Origin: Candidatus Nanopusillus sp.
Lineage (GTDB): Archaea; Nanobdellota; Nanobdellia; Nanobdellales; Nanobdellaceae
Direction: 5' to 3'
NCBI GenBank assembly: GCA_046533775.1
Contig: JAWDOO010000015.1
Coordinates: forward strand, 1-6,978
Length of the DNA: 6,978 nucleotides
Shown: in pieces, positions 4,912 to 6,978 of the stretch
Layout of the letters: every line of letters starts with the position of its first letter
How positions within the stretch are numbered: position 1 is the stretch's first letter
Translations under genes and position numbers: made by a program
Notes under the pieces: generated by a model
Seen by the model: the letters and a program-made list of their open reading frames with translations, nothing else
Told to the model about the DNA's origin: nothing
Databases searched by the model: none

Positions 4912-6264
4912 TTATTTATTTTTTAATAGTTCTTCAAAGAATTTATCCCTAATAGGTTCATATACCTTTTTATAAAATTCTTGTTGATCTAAGAGAACCT
5001 CCTTTGGAAATTTTTTTAAATATTCCATTGCAAAGTTCCATGCAATATCATAATCAACTATACTATTTATTTTATCCTTTATTTCTTTATCATAATCTTC
5101 TGGTGTTTGATCTTTATCTCCTATATGAAAATATCCCGTCTTTTTATTATATGGTGCTTCTTCATTTCCAACTTTTACTAATTCTATTTCTTTATCTTCT
5201 TTTTCTTTAAAATATGGATGAAATATTTTTTCTTTACTCCTTTTATATATTGGTCTATAATATTTTGCCCATGCATAGAATATTGCTCTATTTAAACCAA
5301 AGCTCTTTGCTTTATTTATATCATTATATAATATATAATATCTTGCCGCTTGTAATAATCCCATAACTTGGAATCTTCCAACATTTCCTAAATTTTCTCT
5401 TTTTATTGATATTTTCTCCTGTTTTAATGTATTTTTATTTAAATAATTTACAATATAATTTTTTGTTTCTTTTATAGATATCTCTGCTAAATAATCCCCT
5501 TCTCCAGGTTCATATTCTCTCCATTTTTCACTATGTTTAAAATTCTTATAATTTGCCCAGGATAGATCAAAATTTTGAATATCGTTTGGTTTAAATACTA
5601 TGCATACATAATCTAAAAATCTATGAAATGATAAAGGTACTGTAAATACCCTCTGTATATCTATCTTATTTTCAACTTTGAATTCTCTAGATTTTCCCTT
5701 TGCTTTTGATATCTCTTTTTCTAAATCATCTTTCGCTTTCTTTAATATAAAATCTACAATTGCGAATGCAATATTTAGTGGATGATATTTATTTAATATA
5801 TTCTCTGAAAATGCTTTTTCATTAATATGTATGTGTATTCCCCTTCCACTCCATTTTAAATATACAGATTTATATATTTTATATTTTTCCAGATATGAAA
5901 CAATTATTTCTGCAACATTTTTTATTATATCAAAATCTTCTAATGTTCCATCAATATCAAAAATTGGCGTTACATATTTTATATTATTTATATCTTTTAA
6001 TTTGTCTTCAGAAATTTGATTATATATATTTATTGTCGCATAAATTGTTCGAAATTTCAAATAAGAAAATTTTGTAAATAAAGACTTGTATTCATCTTCA
6101 TTTTCAATTTTTAATGGTTTTTTATCTTTATCATATCTTATAAATATTCTTTGATCCAATCTATTTGTTTCTAAAGCGATCCATCTATTTTTTGAATAAT
6201 CAATAATCTCTTTTATAACATATTCATTCATGTAATAATTTTTTATTTCGAACCATTCTATCAT
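4912..6264 (-). CDS. priS: Archaeo-eukaryotic primase (PriS-like catalytic domain) with a C-terminal helical extension; possible fused PriS-PriL-type minimal primase
   Basis: 450-aa ORF. AEP motif I is PIFDIDG (D103/D105, codons 5950-5958). Motif II is KWSGRGIHIHI (5833-5850). Motif III is KIDIQRVFTVPLSFH (D202, codon 5659-5661). The whole protein has one cysteine (C221), so there is no Zn-knuckle and no 4-Cys Fe-S site. Residues ~290-450 are helical, Tyr/Lys-rich and not part of the catalytic fold. Confidence 0.85.
   Translation of the reverse strand: MIEWFEIKNYYMNEYVIKEIIDYSKNRWIALETNRLDQRIFIRYDKDKKPLKIENEDEYKSLFTKFSYLKFRTIYATINIYNQISEDKLKDINNIKYVTPIFDIDGTLEDFDIIKNVAEIIVSYLEKYKIYKSVYLKWSGRGIHIHINEKAFSENILNKYHPLNIAFAIVDFILKKAKDDLEKEISKAKGKSREFKVENKIDIQRVFTVPLSFHRFLDYVCIVFKPNDIQNFDLSWANYKNFKHSEKWREYEPGEGDYLAEISIKETKNYIVNYLNKNTLKQEKISIKRENLGNVGRFQVMGLLQAARYYILYNDINKAKSFGLNRAIFYAWAKYYRPIYKRSKEKIFHPYFKEKEDKEIELVKVGNEEAPYNKKTGYFHIGDKDQTPEDYDKEIKDKINSIVDYDIAWNFAMEYLKKFPKEVLLDQQEFYKKVYEPIRDKFFEELLKNK
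4919..4924 (+). terminator. Oligo-T (T6) 9 nt downstream of the peroxiredoxin stop, embedded in the primase 3' coding end
   Basis: TAA at 4908-4910 is followed by attatttaTTTTTT, with the T6 at 4919-4924. Confidence 0.3.
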
Positions 6265-6285
6265 AATAATCTAATAATGTTTTGA

Positions 6286-6297
6286 TAATATATATTT
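6286..6297 (-). promoter_or_regulatory. TATA-like box for the primase gene (leaderless geometry)
   Basis: The minus strand reads ttAAAATATATATTAT, centred about 27 nt upstream of the ATG at 6264. No SD-like element intervenes. Confidence 0.4.
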
Positions 6298-6366
6298 TAA
6301 TTTTTTATAATTAGGATGTTATATTGAAAATGATCAAAATATTTATTAAAAATATTGTTAGTTAGA

Positions 6367-6978
6367 TTATGTGTACATTGAGCCTTTTCCATTTATTGTA
6401 AGTGACCCATTATTAATTGTTACAGAACTTTGTCCATTAATATTTAATGTTCCATTGTTATTTTCTATTGTCATGGAACCCTGTCCATTTATATTTATTG
6501 TTTCATTATTAATTTCTATTGTAATAGAGTTCTGATTATTTATATTTGTTTGATTATTTTCTATGGAAATCTGCCAATTTGTATTATTCCAGTTCCAATT
6601 GTTCCAATTCCAATTTTCTATCCAATTCTTTATTTCTCTTCTAAAGTGTTTCATATGCTCCCCAATAATTTCTTCTTCATAATTTTCTCCCATACTTCTT
6701 ATTACTTCCCAATTATAATCTTCTAATTGATATATCATATTCAATAGTGTAGATATATTTTCATTCATAACTTCTTGTATTATTGGTGTTAATGTTTGAT
6801 TTAACTCTGGTAATATATTACATATGAATAATGAATTATTTGTATAATTACACAATACTTCAAACTTATCTAATAATAAGGGTAAATGTTCTAATAATCT
6901 ATTAATACGTTTTTCTAAAAGTTGAGTTATATTTAATTCTCCATTTCTATTCATTTTATAATCATTTTCAATTTCTTG
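6367..6978 (-). CDS. Asn/Trp-rich tandem-repeat protein of unknown function; the N-terminus may lie outside the window
   Basis: The track gives 6367-6954 (195 aa). However, the frame has no stop upstream of the ATG at 6954 through nt 6978 (it reads QEIENDYK-MNRNG...), so the true start is undetermined. The architecture is a helical region, then a WIENWNWNNWNWNNTNW cluster, then about 3.5 copies of a 17-aa unit (consensus hTIENNxGTLNINGQGS), ending in MYT. Confidence 0.7.
   Translation of the reverse strand, partial: QEIENDYKMNRNGELNITQLLEKRINRLLEHLPLLLDKFEVLCNYTNNSLFICNILPELNQTLTPIIQEVMNENISTLLNMIYQLEDYNWEVIRSMGENYEEEIIGEHMKHFRREIKNWIENWNWNNWNWNNTNWQISIENNQTNINNQNSITIEINNETININGQGSMTIENNNGTLNINGQSSVTINNGSLTINGKGSMYT
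6379..6573 (-). repeat. Coding tandem repeat with a 51-nt (17-codon) unit, about 3.5-4 degenerate copies
   Basis: The units are 6526-6573 (QISIENNQTNINNQNS), 6475-6525 (ITIEINNETININGQGS), 6424-6474 (MTIENNNGTLNINGQSS) and 6379-6423 (VTINNGSLTINGKGS, which has a 2-codon deletion). The two central units align nucleotide for nucleotide at most positions by eye. Confidence 0.8.
6574..6624 (-). repeat. Short ccaatt/ccagtt-type microrepeat encoding a Trp/Asn cluster (6 Trp in 17 residues)
   Basis: The + strand reads ccaatttgtattattccagttccaattgttccaattccaattttctatcca, encoding WIENWNWNNWNWNNTNW (aa 111-127). Confidence 0.6.

Noticed and set aside
5004-5210. 68-aa + strand ORF from the track
   Set aside because: It is antisense to the primase C-terminal region, with a Leu/Phe/Tyr-rich mirror-frame composition.
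5831-6077. Two overlapping + strand ORFs (62 aa and 60 aa) from the track
   Set aside because: Both are antisense to the primase catalytic motifs I and II and overlap each other in different frames. They are artefacts.
4912-6264. Primase as the replication gene of an integrated plasmid or virus (pTN2-like primase-polymerase)
   Set aside because: I see no integrase, no helicase fusion, no flanking direct repeats or tRNA target, and no compositional break. The neighbours are housekeeping genes packed at 1-nt spacing. This cannot be fully excluded without the wider contig.
6955-6978. gaaattgaaaa upstream of the ATG at 6954, resembling the AAAATTGA early-promoter motif of giant viruses
   Set aside because: It has one mismatch and occurs once in very AT-rich DNA. 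The gene content and the TATA spacing elsewhere fit an archaeal cell better. This stretch may also be coding sequence of the same ORF.
1-6978. Search for tRNA, rRNA or other structured RNA genes, CRISPR repeats and IS elements
   Set aside because: Intergenic space is limited to 47, 22, 160 and 102 nt, all of it A/T-rich promoter-like sequence. There are no GC-rich islands of tRNA size, no regularly spaced direct repeats outside the coding 51-nt repeat, and no terminal inverted repeats or transposase motifs.

Overview
The window is extremely AT-rich and about 95% of it lies in the eight ORFs I accept. All eight are protein-coding. I see no tRNA or rRNA, no GC-rich islands, no CRISPR array, no integrase or transposase, and no recognisable defence-gene signature. 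The most likely source is a small archaeal genome, possibly DPANN or Nanoarchaeota-like. Three things point that way: a single-polypeptide archaeo-eukaryotic primase, A/T TATA-like boxes centred about 25-27 nt upstream of start codons (leaderless geometry), and oligo-T terminators. Gene order is: rhomboid protease (5' partial, +); 79-aa orphan (+); a 472-aa thymidylate-synthase-core protein with extra N- and C-terminal modules (-); a multi-TM processive-type family-2 glycosyltransferase (-); a 126-aa 4-TM protein whose stop lies 1 nt from the glycosyltransferase start (-); a typical 2-Cys peroxiredoxin (+); a 450-aa primase with one cysteine (-); and an Asn/Trp-rich tandem-repeat protein whose frame is still open at the right edge (-). 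Four items deserve follow-up. (1) The ThyA catalytic core appears sandwiched between an MtrA-like module and a DUF4346-like module. (2) The small membrane protein and the glycan synthase look like a translationally coupled pair. (3) The primase is minimal and cysteine-poor. (4) The orphan protein combines a 6-Trp/17-residue cluster with 17-residue Asn-rich repeats. All family assignments come from reading motifs by eye and need HMM or structure confirmation. I cannot demonstrate a complete novel multi-gene system from this sequence alone.
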